Part shown: piece after piece, positions 38,355 to 48,118 of the stretch
How positions within the stretch are numbered: the first letter of the stretch is position 1
Layout of the letters: each line of letters begins with the position of its first letter
Source: a virus
Strand: one strand, 5' to 3'
Virus record (IMG/VR): IMGVR_UViG_3300030060_007423
Span: 96,001-160,000 of that record
Length of the DNA stretch: 64,000 bases
Translations under genes and position numbers: made by a program
The notes under the pieces: generated by a model
Told to the model about the DNA's origin: nothing
Database searches by the model: none
What the model saw: only the letters and a program-made list of their open reading frames with translations

Positions 38355-38669
38355 ATGGCAAGAAATAAATATCGTAGACAGCCTTGGAAAAAACAACAGA
38401 AAACAGTTCATAACCAACACAAACCATTTAATCCTGGTAAGTATGGTAAACTATGGGCATCAATGAATTGGGAGTGCGAATGGGGTAGAACACCTCAAGG
38501 AGATGCACAAGGACCAGTTATTGGTAAATTATGTATTGGAGGACAACAGTTTGAATTAACATGGACAGAATGTAACAGATTAATTGAAACTTTAACCGAT
38601 GCAAAACACCAACATAAAGTTGGAACATCAATGGGGTTTGAAAGAGGACACGGAACTTATAGAGGCTAA
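38355..38669 (+). CDS. Hypothetical protein
   Basis: ORF. Confidence 0.6.
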   Translation: MARNKYRRQPWKKQQKTVHNQHKPFNPGKYGKLWASMNWECEWGRTPQGDAQGPVIGKLCIGGQQFELTWTECNRLIETLTDAKHQHKVGTSMGFERGHGTYRG

Positions 38670-38693
38670 TATTTATATAAAAGGAGAAGCGTT

Positions 38694-38939
38694 ATGGAAA
38701 TTGTATTATCAATATGTTTAGGTTTAACTTTAGGTTTTGTTGGTTCATATTTTTACATGAATAAAAAACTAACAAATATGGAATCTGAATTTGAACAGTT
38801 TAAGTTTGACAAAGCATTTATTGTTAAATGTTTAAGAGATGAATTAAAAAAAGTTCAACCTAAACCAAGAAAGAAGTACTATTCAAAAAATGGCAAAAGC
38901 AAATCAACACGTAAAGAAGGTAACCGAAAGACTGCTTAA
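38694..38939 (+). CDS. Small N-terminal TM protein
   Basis: AAGGAG SD; TM helix. Confidence 0.6.
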   Translation: MEIVLSICLGLTLGFVGSYFYMNKKLTNMESEFEQFKFDKAFIVKCLRDELKKVQPKPRKKYYSKNGKSKSTRKEGNRKTA

Positions 38940-39219
38940 TGCGTCTGAACAAATAGACGACTTAAAAAGTGTTGGCGGTAGTGATGGACTATTTAAGGCA
39001 ATTACAAATATGGGTGAAAAGAATCTAGACTATATGGAAAAAATTGAATCAATAGAAAGACTAATGATTACAACAGAAAGTTTAGATTCTGACATTCATA
39101 AAAATGTTATTGTAAGTTCAAAAGAATATTTATTACAGAATGGTACATTAACCAAAAACATGATGTTGAGCTTAAACCAAATATATACATATTATAAAAA
39201 CATGCGAGGTAATATATGA
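38890..39219 (+). CDS. Hypothetical protein
   Basis: ORF. Confidence 0.55.
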   Translation: MAKANQHVKKVTERLLNASEQIDDLKSVGGSDGLFKAITNMGEKNLDYMEKIESIERLMITTESLDSDIHKNVIVSSKEYLLQNGTLTKNMMLSLNQIYTYYKNMRGNI

Positions 39220-39407
39220 TGATAATTCCAGAACAATACAAAAATGATTTGGATAAAATATATGAAAGAACTAAAAACTCTAATGAAAAAATGTTAATGG
39301 AATTCAAAAAGTATTTTATGAATGTTGAACCAAAGGAGTTAAATTCAGACTGGGCATGGGTAGCAACACAATGTTATCATGTATATAAAAATAAATCTGA
39401 CCGCTAG
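39216..39407 (+). CDS. Hypothetical protein
   Basis: ORF; 3' end overlaps the tmRNA acceptor piece. Confidence 0.5.
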   Translation: MMIIPEQYKNDLDKIYERTKNSNEKMLMEFKKYFMNVEPKELNSDWAWVATQCYHVYKNKSDR

Positions 39408-39625
39408 TACTTATGTCAGCTGCATTCTTGGACCCGGGTTCGAATCCCGGCATCTCCACTAAAACCCATTATGATATGGGGATGACACGGATTTGACAGG
39501 ATGATAAGAGCATAAGGAAGGTCACCGCAACAACTGGCGAACAAGTTGAAATGGCGATGGCAGCGTAGTACGCTCCCTGACCCGAACGGTATAAAAGAGG
39601 TCATGTCGTAAAAACCTCGGAGGAT
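39397..39625 (+). ncRNA. ssrA: Circularly permuted (two-piece) tmRNA, tag (A)GEQVEMAMAA
   Basis: T arm and 3' acceptor strand (CCGGGTTCGAATCCCGG CATCTCCA, 39433-39458) precede the 5' strand GGGGATG (39478); G3.U70; tag ORF at 39536-39568. Confidence 0.9.
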
Positions 39626-39643
39626 GGTAGGTAAACTATAATT

Positions 39644-40387
39644 ATGAGCATAGAAACAAAATATTTTTCAATTGACGATTTATATAACGTAGATAACAAA
39701 TCTTCGTTTTGGAAATTTATAGAGGGCGAAGTAAAAGTTGCTTTAAGTAAATCTTCAATGTCAAGTTCAAAAAAAGCAGATGCTCTTAATCTATTTAAGA
39801 AACAATATATTAAAAAGTTTTTTATAAGACATACTAAATCACCAAGTGATTATAATAAACCTTGGGATTTAGATAAATATGACCTAGAGTCAATTAAAAA
39901 TAATACAGATGGTCAATGGGCACCACCACCTAATGCTGATGACTATAGGTTTGATTTAGAAAATGCTCAATATGTAATTGAAAAATTTATATGGATGCAA
40001 ATACACCCAGATGATAGAAGGGATTTATTTGATAATGATATTGATAAATTTGATGACTGGGTTGTAACATTATCTGAATCACAAATAGATGAAGTTGTAC
40101 AAAAAATTCAAAATGGTGAAAGACTAGGTGATCTTGATTATGAAAGTATAAAGGATTCACTATATGAACTTGATGATGGTACAATCAGAGTATTTAAGAT
40201 AGACGGATTAATGATTATGTCTTCACTAAATAAAGATTCGCTGGAAACAGCATGCGTAAAAATCTTTATGAAGAAAGGTATAACATTTAAGTATAGAACA
40301 ACTGAAAACTATAAAGGAAAAACTGTACACTCCTATATATTTAGGATTGACGGACGTAATGACAATAAAAATGACAATATGTCATAG
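39644..40387 (+). CDS. Hypothetical protein
   Basis: 247-aa ORF. Confidence 0.65.
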   Translation: MSIETKYFSIDDLYNVDNKSSFWKFIEGEVKVALSKSSMSSSKKADALNLFKKQYIKKFFIRHTKSPSDYNKPWDLDKYDLESIKNNTDGQWAPPPNADDYRFDLENAQYVIEKFIWMQIHPDDRRDLFDNDIDKFDDWVVTLSESQIDEVVQKIQNGERLGDLDYESIKDSLYELDDGTIRVFKIDGLMIMSSLNKDSLETACVKIFMKKGITFKYRTTENYKGKTVHSYIFRIDGRNDNKNDNMS

Positions 40388-40495
40388 TTACTATAGTTTG
40401 CACAGTTTTTTCAGTATATTAATTAAAGGTTATATAATGGTTATATTAAGTGTACTGAGTAGGCACAAAATTAAAATTATCTAAGGAGATTAATT

Positions 40496-40930
40496 ATGGG
40501 AAATTATTTTTTACATGAGCGGTTGTTTCCAACCGACTTATTTTTCAAAAACTTTTTTGATACACAAACTGAGTTTCAATCGTTTGCAGATGTTAAGCCA
40601 CAATATCCAGTTGATATTATGGTAACAGATTATGCACTAACGTTTGATATTGCATGTGTTGGTTTGGACAAAAAAGATATAACATTAGACGTTACTGATA
40701 ATACCTTACGGGTTATCTATGAAAAACCAAACATTGAATCAAATCCATCTGATGAAGATGCAGGTGAATATATCCATAGAGGTATTACTCGGAAGAGTTT
40801 TAATATGGGTTGGAAAATTGCACCACGGTATGATTTGAGTCAAATAGAAGCAGTTATGAAAAACGGATTGTTAAGTATAACAATTCCATTGTTTGAAGAA
40901 GCAAAACCAAAAACAATTAAAATTAAATAA
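40496..40930 (+). CDS. hsp20: Small heat-shock protein Hsp20
   Basis: YPVDI, YIHRGI..KSF and A.MKNGLLSITIP motifs; C-terminal IKI. Confidence 0.92.
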   Translation: MGNYFLHERLFPTDLFFKNFFDTQTEFQSFADVKPQYPVDIMVTDYALTFDIACVGLDKKDITLDVTDNTLRVIYEKPNIESNPSDEDAGEYIHRGITRKSFNMGWKIAPRYDLSQIEAVMKNGLLSITIPLFEEAKPKTIKIK

Positions 40931-40961
40931 ATAGTGTTTTACTCAGTACACTTTTTTTATT

Positions 40962-41195
40962 ATGAACTATAGAATATTCAAACATAATAACAAGTTATAT
41001 AAGGTATTAAGAGAAATACCACAAAGCAATTGTGACCCACGACTATATGGTATCAATTCAAATGATTTTATGAAGGTATTACATGTTTGGAAGGAATGGT
41101 GTTTAGCAGACCATGTATTACGAACTGCTAAAGGGGAAGAAATAGTATTTTTACTATGTGAAACAATACAAGAAGCTGAAATAATATCAGAATAA
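40962..41195 (+). CDS. Hypothetical protein
   Basis: ORF. Confidence 0.55.
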   Translation: MNYRIFKHNNKLYKVLREIPQSNCDPRLYGINSNDFMKVLHVWKEWCLADHVLRTAKGEEIVFLLCETIQEAEIISE

Positions 41196-41404
41196 ATTGT
41201 ATTGTTTTTATATTTATTAAATAAAGGAGAAAGTTATGAGATATAAGCAGAAAGTATCTGAAAATCTTGACAAGGCAACGCAAACCATGTCAACAGCAAT
41301 TAAGGCATTAAATAATAATAGTGTAACGAGGGAAGAGGCATTGAGAGTATTAAAACAATGTCAACACAATATATTGGAGGCAAGCAAATTTGTATCATTA
41401 GAGA

Positions 41405-42583
41405 ATGAAGGCTAGAATATTTCCATTTATTATTGCATTGGCTGCTTTGGCAGTGTCAGGCTCAGCGGCGTTTTACTCAGTCTTTGGATTGAGTAAATTG
41501 TTTGCAGGTGCTAGTACACAAGTTATAATAATGGCTGGTAGTCTTGAATTTGCCAAACTAGTTTGTGCTTCACTATTATATCAATATTGGGGTATTATAA
41601 ATAAGTGGTTACGATTTTACTTATCTGTAGCAGTATTTGTTTTAATGGTTATAACTAGTGGTGGTATTTACGGATTCTTATCAGGAGCATACCAAGAAAC
41701 GGCAACCAAGTCAGAATTCCTAGATAAGTCATTAGCTGTATTGCAAACTAAACAGGAAAGGTTTGAAGAACAAAAGACAGACCTTACTCTAGAAAAGACA
41801 CAACTAAATACAACCATTTCTGATTTAAGAACATCATTATCAAATCCAACATCAGTATCATATTGGGATGAAAATTCTCAATCAGTAATTACAACAACAT
41901 CTAGTTCTACTAGGAGAGCATTACAATCAGAATTAAAAACCACAATTGAAGATAGAGATAATATAAATCTAAAATTGGAAGCTGTAATGGATTCAGTAAT
42001 GAGAATTGATACAGAACTATTAGATTTAGAAATTGGTAATGAAGAACAAAGAGAACTAGGACCACTTAAATACCTATCAGAAACTACAGGGAAAGAAATG
42101 GGACAAGTTGTTAATTGGTTTCTACTTTTAATAATATTTGTATTTGACCCATTAGCAATTGCAATGGTTGTTGCAGCTAACTTTGCATTTGCACAAGTAA
42201 AAAAACCTAAACTAGTAGAAGATGACGGTGATGAGGTTGTTGAGGTTGAACCAACACTATTCAAAGATGAAGTTGTATGTGATAAACCACCAGGGTTAGA
42301 ATATGATACACCATATACGTTAGATGAAATAAAAGAAAAGTGGGAAGCAGCAGAAAAGGAAGAAGTTCAGAAAGAAGAAACTGTTGAAATACCTGTTAGT
42401 GAAATAAAGAGATGGCGTGAAGATGGTACTGATAACCTTTATGGTGAAGACACAATATCAGACAAGAGACTAATAGAACTATCTCATGCAAACGATATAG
42501 ACACTGATGAAATTATCAGATTATTAAATGAAGGCGAAAGAGCCACAGTTATAAATTTATTAAAACAAAAAGGACGGTTATGA
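41405..42583 (+). CDS. Multi-TM coiled-coil membrane protein
   Basis: FYSVFGL, LEFAKL, GIYGFLS, ELGPLKY and IFVFDPLA segments. Confidence 0.7.
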   Translation: MKARIFPFIIALAALAVSGSAAFYSVFGLSKLFAGASTQVIIMAGSLEFAKLVCASLLYQYWGIINKWLRFYLSVAVFVLMVITSGGIYGFLSGAYQETATKSEFLDKSLAVLQTKQERFEEQKTDLTLEKTQLNTTISDLRTSLSNPTSVSYWDENSQSVITTTSSSTRRALQSELKTTIEDRDNINLKLEAVMDSVMRIDTELLDLEIGNEEQRELGPLKYLSETTGKEMGQVVNWFLLLIIFVFDPLAIAMVVAANFAFAQVKKPKLVEDDGDEVVEVEPTLFKDEVVCDKPPGLEYDTPYTLDEIKEKWEAAEKEEVQKEETVEIPVSEIKRWREDGTDNLYGEDTISDKRLIELSHANDIDTDEIIRLLNEGERATVINLLKQKGRL

Positions 42584-43176
42584 AAAACAATAGAACACCA
42601 AAAATACGAGGCGCAAAAAAATCTACATATCATAGAATAACTAAAGAACAACAAAAAAAGTTTGATAGTGAATGTGAACATACTATTGAATATAGAAAGG
42701 GTTATAAGTGGAACCAAAGACCTGATGCAATATACAGATATATGACGTGTAAAACTTGTGGTCAATTTGAACTAGTTGGTGAAACCGCAACAGCAGTGAC
42801 ATGTCATGAATGTGTTAATGAACTAGTTGAACCGCCACAATATAAATCAGTTAAAAAATCTGATAGACCAGCTGGGTGGCATTTTATGAAAGAATTTGTA
42901 GATAAGGATGGTACTGTTTATCATAGAGGAAAAGAACAACCAAAACTTAAAGGAACTCTTGAACCAACAACCATTGAGCCTAAGAAAAGGTTGACAAAGA
43001 AGGAGAAAGATAAACTTAAGCAGCATGCATCTTCACAAATCTTTGACCTTAAAAAACAATTGAAAAAAGCAAGGTGGAAAAAAGATAAGCGTAAGCTTAT
43101 GAGCGAAATAAAGTACCACACAAGAGTACTTAACAATAGAATCCCTAAAGATTATCAAGAAAAAATCTCTAAATAA
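42580..43176 (+). CDS. Basic zinc-ribbon protein
   Basis: CKTC...CHEC; RPAGWHFMKEFVDKDG. Confidence 0.6.
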   Translation: MKNNRTPKIRGAKKSTYHRITKEQQKKFDSECEHTIEYRKGYKWNQRPDAIYRYMTCKTCGQFELVGETATAVTCHECVNELVEPPQYKSVKKSDRPAGWHFMKEFVDKDGTVYHRGKEQPKLKGTLEPTTIEPKKRLTKKEKDKLKQHASSQIFDLKKQLKKARWKKDKRKLMSEIKYHTRVLNNRIPKDYQEKISK

Positions 43177-43241
43177 TTTTTTATTGTCAATTATTTTGGT
43201 TATATTAAAGTATAATAACTAAAAAGCAATAGACAAGAATT

Positions 43242-43502
43242 ATGAAAAAAAGATTAATACACTTCTTTGGACTAATAGGAATAATATCGGCATTGTTCGT
43301 ATTAGGTTCAATTGTAATAATTATTCCATCAATTCCAATAAAAATATTTTGGAATCAAGTAATATGTAGTTTAACAGATGCTAGTGAAATGAGTTGGACA
43401 ATAGCCATTATTTCATCTGCATGTTTATGGTGGTTGTGGTTAATCTATGAAGCGGCTACAACAAAAGTTTGGAGTGAAGAAAAGAAACGATGGACAAAAT
43501 AA
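43242..43502 (+). CDS. Membrane protein
   Basis: Hydrophobic helices. Confidence 0.55.
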   Translation: MKKRLIHFFGLIGIISALFVLGSIVIIIPSIPIKIFWNQVICSLTDASEMSWTIAIISSACLWWLWLIYEAATTKVWSEEKKRWTK

Positions 43503-43720
43503 TTTACATTAGAGGTACGTATTCCAAAGAAGTCCAAAAAATTGAATTAGATGTTACTGAAAATCTAGATGTTGATGACTTTAAGAGAGTATGTAAAAGG
43601 TTAGCAAGTGTTTTAGGATATAGTCCAGAAAGTATTAGTGAAGCATTTGATAATGAGCCAAGAGAATCTAAAACACCAATAAAGAAAATATTAAAAGATG
43701 ACTATAAGCGACAAAAATAA
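43490..43720 (+). CDS. Hypothetical protein
   Basis: ORF. Confidence 0.55.
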   Translation: MDKIIYIRGTYSKEVQKIELDVTENLDVDDFKRVCKRLASVLGYSPESISEAFDNEPRESKTPIKKILKDDYKRQK

Positions 43721-44345
43721 TTTATACGACGAGCCTGTAACAAAGGAGACTCCGAAAAAAGAAAAGGAATCTGAACCAAAGGTTGTATCAATAGATAACG
43801 ACCAAATTTTATATCGTGAAATAGATTATGCTATGGACATTGGTGATAGTGTAATTTATCTTTGTGGTGAAATAGGTGACTTTGCTTCTTTTGATTTTAT
43901 GACACGGTGTAGAACAATTCTTAAGACCCGTGAAGAGAATGATAACAATCCAATTAATGTAATATTGAATTCACCAGGTGGTGACCTATATGAAATGTTT
44001 GCAATCATAGATTATATGTCAACATTAAATGTGGATGTAAATATAATTTGTAGAGGCCAAGCAATGAGTGCAGCAGCAATGATACTCGCATGTGCAACAG
44101 GCCAAAGAATAGCAAGTAAACATTCAACAATAATGTTTCATGAAGCGTCCGCATTTCAAGTTGGTAAACATTCAGACATACAGGCAGCGGCAAAGTATCA
44201 AGATATTCTAGAGAACAATTGTAATATCTTACTAGGTGAAAAAACAAAAAAAGATTCTAAGTGGTGGTCTGAAAAAACAAAAACAGATATGTTCTTAACA
44301 CCAAACGACGCATTAGAATTAGGTATAATCGATAAAATAATATAA
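43698..44345 (+). CDS. clpP: ClpP-family protease subunit
   Basis: NSPGG; AMSAA (Ser), MFHE (His) and DMFLTP..ALELGIIDKI (Asp). Confidence 0.9.
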   Translation: MTISDKNNLYDEPVTKETPKKEKESEPKVVSIDNDQILYREIDYAMDIGDSVIYLCGEIGDFASFDFMTRCRTILKTREENDNNPINVILNSPGGDLYEMFAIIDYMSTLNVDVNIICRGQAMSAAAMILACATGQRIASKHSTIMFHEASAFQVGKHSDIQAAAKYQDILENNCNILLGEKTKKDSKWWSEKTKTDMFLTPNDALELGIIDKII

Positions 44346-44346
44346 T

Positions 44347-44943
44347 ATGAAAAAATCAACACAAGTATTTTTAGCAATAGCTTTAGCAATGTTAACATCA
44401 GTATATATAATAATAACTACTGTGTCATATGAAAAAGATATTGAAAAATTAAATGAAGAAATCTTTCACTTAAAAGATGAGGTACAAACTCTTTACGTAG
44501 ACTTAGAATTTGACCATTCATATATAACCGAATTGGAATCACAATTAGATTCAATACATGCAAGGTTTATGATATTTGATTCACCACCAGGTCGTGACGT
44601 TATAGATATATTAAATGCAATTGTACAAGTAGAAAGTGGAGGTGATCCATCTGCCCATGCTAAAGGTGAAGATGCTGTTGGAATTTTACAAATAAGAAAG
44701 TGTATGGTTGATGATGTAAACAGGATATTAGAAAGGCAAGGTATTTCCAAAAGATTTACATATATAGATAGATGGGATATTATAAAGTCATATGAAATGT
44801 TTAATATCTTTTGTGATTATTATGGACTAACAACAGCTGAAGAAATGGCTAGGTGTTGGAATGGTGGTCCAAGAGGAATAAACAACCCTGCAACATTAGG
44901 GTATTGGGATAAAGTAGAAAATATATTAGATATTAACTCATAG
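44347..44943 (+). CDS. Membrane-anchored lysozyme-fold muramidase or lytic transglycosylase
   Basis: N-terminal TM; AIVQVES, AVGILQI and ARCWNGGP motifs. Confidence 0.75.
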   Translation: MKKSTQVFLAIALAMLTSVYIIITTVSYEKDIEKLNEEIFHLKDEVQTLYVDLEFDHSYITELESQLDSIHARFMIFDSPPGRDVIDILNAIVQVESGGDPSAHAKGEDAVGILQIRKCMVDDVNRILERQGISKRFTYIDRWDIIKSYEMFNIFCDYYGLTTAEEMARCWNGGPRGINNPATLGYWDKVENILDINS

Positions 44944-44953
44944 GGAAAAGATT

Positions 44954-45730
44954 ATGAAATTAACAGAAGAACAATTATTACAGAATTGGAATGACTTAAT
45001 GTCAGTCATAGACAAAACATTTGAAGGTGAAAGAAAAGACAAGCTTACAGAAATGTATAACTATTTTAGAGACAGAATGATGTTTGCACCAGCTTCAGGA
45101 TTCGAACACTTACACAATTGTTTTATTGGTGGATATGTAGACCACGTATTAAGGGTTATGAAATGTGCTGAACAAAATTATATGTTATGGAAAGAAATGG
45201 GTTCAGATTGTTCAGGATATACAATGGAAGAATTAATGTTTGTTGCTCTTAATCATGACTTAGGTAAAGTTGGTGATTTAGAAAATAATTATTATGAACC
45301 ATGTACTAGTGAATGGCACAGGAAAAATCAAGGAAGACTTTATGATTCAAACAAATCTATAGGTCATCACATGCCTGTACCACATCGGTCAATATTTTTA
45401 TTAAATCATTTTGGCATAACAATGAGCCAAGTTGAAATGATTGGTATATTAACACATGATGGTTTATATGATGATGGTAACAAACCGTACTTTATGAACT
45501 GGGCAGATGAAAAAAGTCTTAAGACAAACCTACCACTTATAATGCACCATGCAGACCACATGGCATCTAGGATTGAATATGAAAGATGGAAATCACATAA
45601 GCCTGTTGTAAATGTACAACCTAAACCAAAAAAGAAATCATGGTCAAACCCATCAACTGCACCAAAAGTTTCAACATCAAATCAATCAGCACAAGATATG
45701 TTTAAGAATTTATTTGGAGACGATAAATGA
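44954..45730 (+). CDS. HD-domain phosphohydrolase
   Basis: H...HDLGK...H...HDG...HHAD. Confidence 0.85.
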   Translation: MKLTEEQLLQNWNDLMSVIDKTFEGERKDKLTEMYNYFRDRMMFAPASGFEHLHNCFIGGYVDHVLRVMKCAEQNYMLWKEMGSDCSGYTMEELMFVALNHDLGKVGDLENNYYEPCTSEWHRKNQGRLYDSNKSIGHHMPVPHRSIFLLNHFGITMSQVEMIGILTHDGLYDDGNKPYFMNWADEKSLKTNLPLIMHHADHMASRIEYERWKSHKPVVNVQPKPKKKSWSNPSTAPKVSTSNQSAQDMFKNLFGDDK

Positions 45731-45999
45731 TAACAACAATAGTAATACTTTCAATTATAGTTTGTGCACTCATATATTCAAATATTAATATGTTGAAAAA
45801 ATATGAAAGGTTAGAGGATTATGTAGATGATGCTGATGCATGGATTGATGGTTTACAAAAAACATTAACTGATTTAATTAAGGACTGGGACAAGGTTGAT
45901 AGTAAAGGTGCATTTAAGTCAGACGATGAAGTTGGTACTACATATGAACAAATAAACAATCTTGTTAAAAAATTAAAAGATGGATTCGGAGATAAATAA
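45727..45999 (+). CDS. Small N-terminal TM protein
   Basis: TM helix; FKSDDEVG. Confidence 0.6.
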   Translation: MITTIVILSIIVCALIYSNINMLKKYERLEDYVDDADAWIDGLQKTLTDLIKDWDKVDSKGAFKSDDEVGTTYEQINNLVKKLKDGFGDK

Positions 46000-46682
46000 T
46001 GGGAAGAAAGCGAAAAAGAAAATTGTATTTTACAGAAGATACTGAACGTGCAATAATTGAATACAATAAATCAGATAGTTATGCTTATAGGAACAAAATT
46101 TATAATAAAGAAATCCATCCTGCATTTGAAAAGTTAGCAGAAAATATGATTCATACATTTAAGTTTTATTATTTTGATGTACCATATAGAGATGTTAAGC
46201 ACAATGTAGTAACATTTCTAATTGAAAAAATGCCTAAGTATACTGAAGGAAAGGGCAAGGCATTTTCATATTTTAGTATTGTTGCAAAAAACTGGTTAAT
46301 TCTAAATAACAACAATAACTATAAAAAGATTAAAGCAAAGGCACCAGTCACAACTATAGATACTAGGCGTAATGTTACAAATGAAATTATACGTCAAGAG
46401 GAAATGGAAGCAAAGCATGACTTTATGGAATACTTTATAAGTTACTGTACAAGAAATGCAAACAACTTAGTATCAAAAGAAAGAGACTTAAAGGTACTTT
46501 ATGCATTACTTGAAATATTTAGAAAACGTGATAACATAGAGAACTTTAATAAAAAAGCACTATACATAATGGTTCGAGAAATGACAAATGTTAAGACAGG
46601 TTATATTACTCGAGTTGTAAATGTTCTAAAAGCAAAGTACATTGAATTGCACAATACCTACAGAACTGGGACAAGATTCTAG
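45999..46682 (+). CDS. T4 gp55-like late sigma factor
   Basis: Sigma region-2-like KY...KAFSYFSIVAKN; located before structural operon. Confidence 0.65.
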   Translation: MGRKRKRKLYFTEDTERAIIEYNKSDSYAYRNKIYNKEIHPAFEKLAENMIHTFKFYYFDVPYRDVKHNVVTFLIEKMPKYTEGKGKAFSYFSIVAKNWLILNNNNNYKKIKAKAPVTTIDTRRNVTNEIIRQEEMEAKHDFMEYFISYCTRNANNLVSKERDLKVLYALLEIFRKRDNIENFNKKALYIMVREMTNVKTGYITRVVNVLKAKYIELHNTYRTGTRF

Positions 46683-46704
46683 TTGTATTTGATATTTATA
46701 TTAG

Positions 46705-47076
46705 ATGGAAAAGGATTTAGAAATATTTAGTGGAAAAACATTCTCTGGTTTACTCAAAGACATTTATACAAATGCAAAAGCCAAAGAACGACAAATTGAC
46801 ATTTTAATTAAAGAATTAAAACCGTTGATAAAAAATATTGGCGATGCAACAGTTATCGTTCCACTTATAAAAGACTACTTAGATATTGCAGTAAAAAATG
46901 ATGATCACTTAATTAAGATGGCTGCAATTGTTCAACGTGCTACACAGCGAACAGAAGCTGGTGAATCCTTAATTTTAACTGATGAGGAAAAGAAACAACT
47001 CCTCGAAGAAGTTGAAAAAATTGAAGAAAATATAGAGGATAAATCAAGTGGCAAAGATACTAAGACACGGGTATAG
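46705..47076 (+). CDS. Hypothetical helical protein
   Basis: ORF after ATATTTAT motif. Confidence 0.65.
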   Translation: MEKDLEIFSGKTFSGLLKDIYTNAKAKERQIDILIKELKPLIKNIGDATVIVPLIKDYLDIAVKNDDHLIKMAAIVQRATQRTEAGESLILTDEEKKQLLEEVEKIEENIEDKSSGKDTKTRV

Positions 47077-48109
47077 AGGAGCAGCTTCCGAAGGTAACCA
47101 AATAAAAACAGGAGCCTCCGGAAAACTTATTGAACATACAGGTGAAATTATTTTTGCATATGTACAAGACACTATTCTTGACCCATCAAATCCAAAGTTT
47201 CATTTAGAAGATAAGACCACATCAGTTGGTACAATACAATGTATACCTCTTAACCAAGCAACAACAACTCAGACACAGCGTTCTATTGAAGCAAGACCTC
47301 TCAATGCAAACATAAATAGATACCCAGTTAAACATGAAATAGTTTTAATTATTAAATGTATTGAAGGAGGTACAGTTGGTAACACTCGTGAAGACTATTT
47401 TTATATAGGTACAGTCAATGCATTAAACAGTCCAAACTATAACGGAGGTAATTCATATTTACCAGAACAAGACTTTAAGTGGAAAGGTGAAGACGGTGAA
47501 ACATTTGAACCTGTTGATGCAATAGTTAAATTATTACATAACGATGGTGATGTTGTATTTGAGGGAGGTTTTGGAAATGCAATAAGATTAGGTAGTACAG
47601 CACAAGAACCATCATCAGCAAACCAATGGTCTTTGGATGGTGCAGATGGTGATCCAATAATTATAATAACAAACGGATTTAATGGTACACCTATTGAAGG
47701 TACTGATGGAAAAGTAATTATAGAAAGTGTTGATGACGACTCTTCATCTATGTATTTTACAGGAGGCCAGTCAATACCATTGTCATTAAGTAATAATTTA
47801 CCAACAGGCATTGACCCAACAAATTCCTTTGTTGGAAATCAAGTTGTAATTAATAGTGATAGACTTGTATTTAATGCAAGAGGTGATAGTGTTATATTGT
47901 CAGGTGCTGCACAAATTGCACTATGTACCCCTGAATGGAAAGTTGATGTTACATTAATGATGGACGCAATAAAAGCAATTGCAACTGAACTTGATGCACT
48001 GTGTACAGGTAAAGCAACTCTTACAACGGGTGTTGGACCAACAGGACCTGGAACAAATGCAGGAAATACAACTAAGATTTTATCAGACTTAGGAATGTTG
48101 GAACAGTAG
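47048..48109 (+). CDS. Baseplate hub/spike (gp5-like) protein
   Basis: GDVVFEG.FGN.IRLGS and QVVINSDRLVFNA segments; C-terminal TGVGPTGP; baseplate context. Confidence 0.55.
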   Translation: MAKILRHGYRGAASEGNQIKTGASGKLIEHTGEIIFAYVQDTILDPSNPKFHLEDKTTSVGTIQCIPLNQATTTQTQRSIEARPLNANINRYPVKHEIVLIIKCIEGGTVGNTREDYFYIGTVNALNSPNYNGGNSYLPEQDFKWKGEDGETFEPVDAIVKLLHNDGDVVFEGGFGNAIRLGSTAQEPSSANQWSLDGADGDPIIIITNGFNGTPIEGTDGKVIIESVDDDSSSMYFTGGQSIPLSLSNNLPTGIDPTNSFVGNQVVINSDRLVFNARGDSVILSGAAQIALCTPEWKVDVTLMMDAIKAIATELDALCTGKATLTTGVGPTGPGTNAGNTTKILSDLGMLEQ

Positions 48110-48118
48110 GAGAATAGT

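Noticed and set aside
39416-39604. Minus-strand 62-aa ORF, or a plain tRNA at 39430-39460
   Set aside because: The ORF is antisense to the tmRNA. The T arm lacks an upstream anticodon arm and pairs with the downstream GGGGATG instead.
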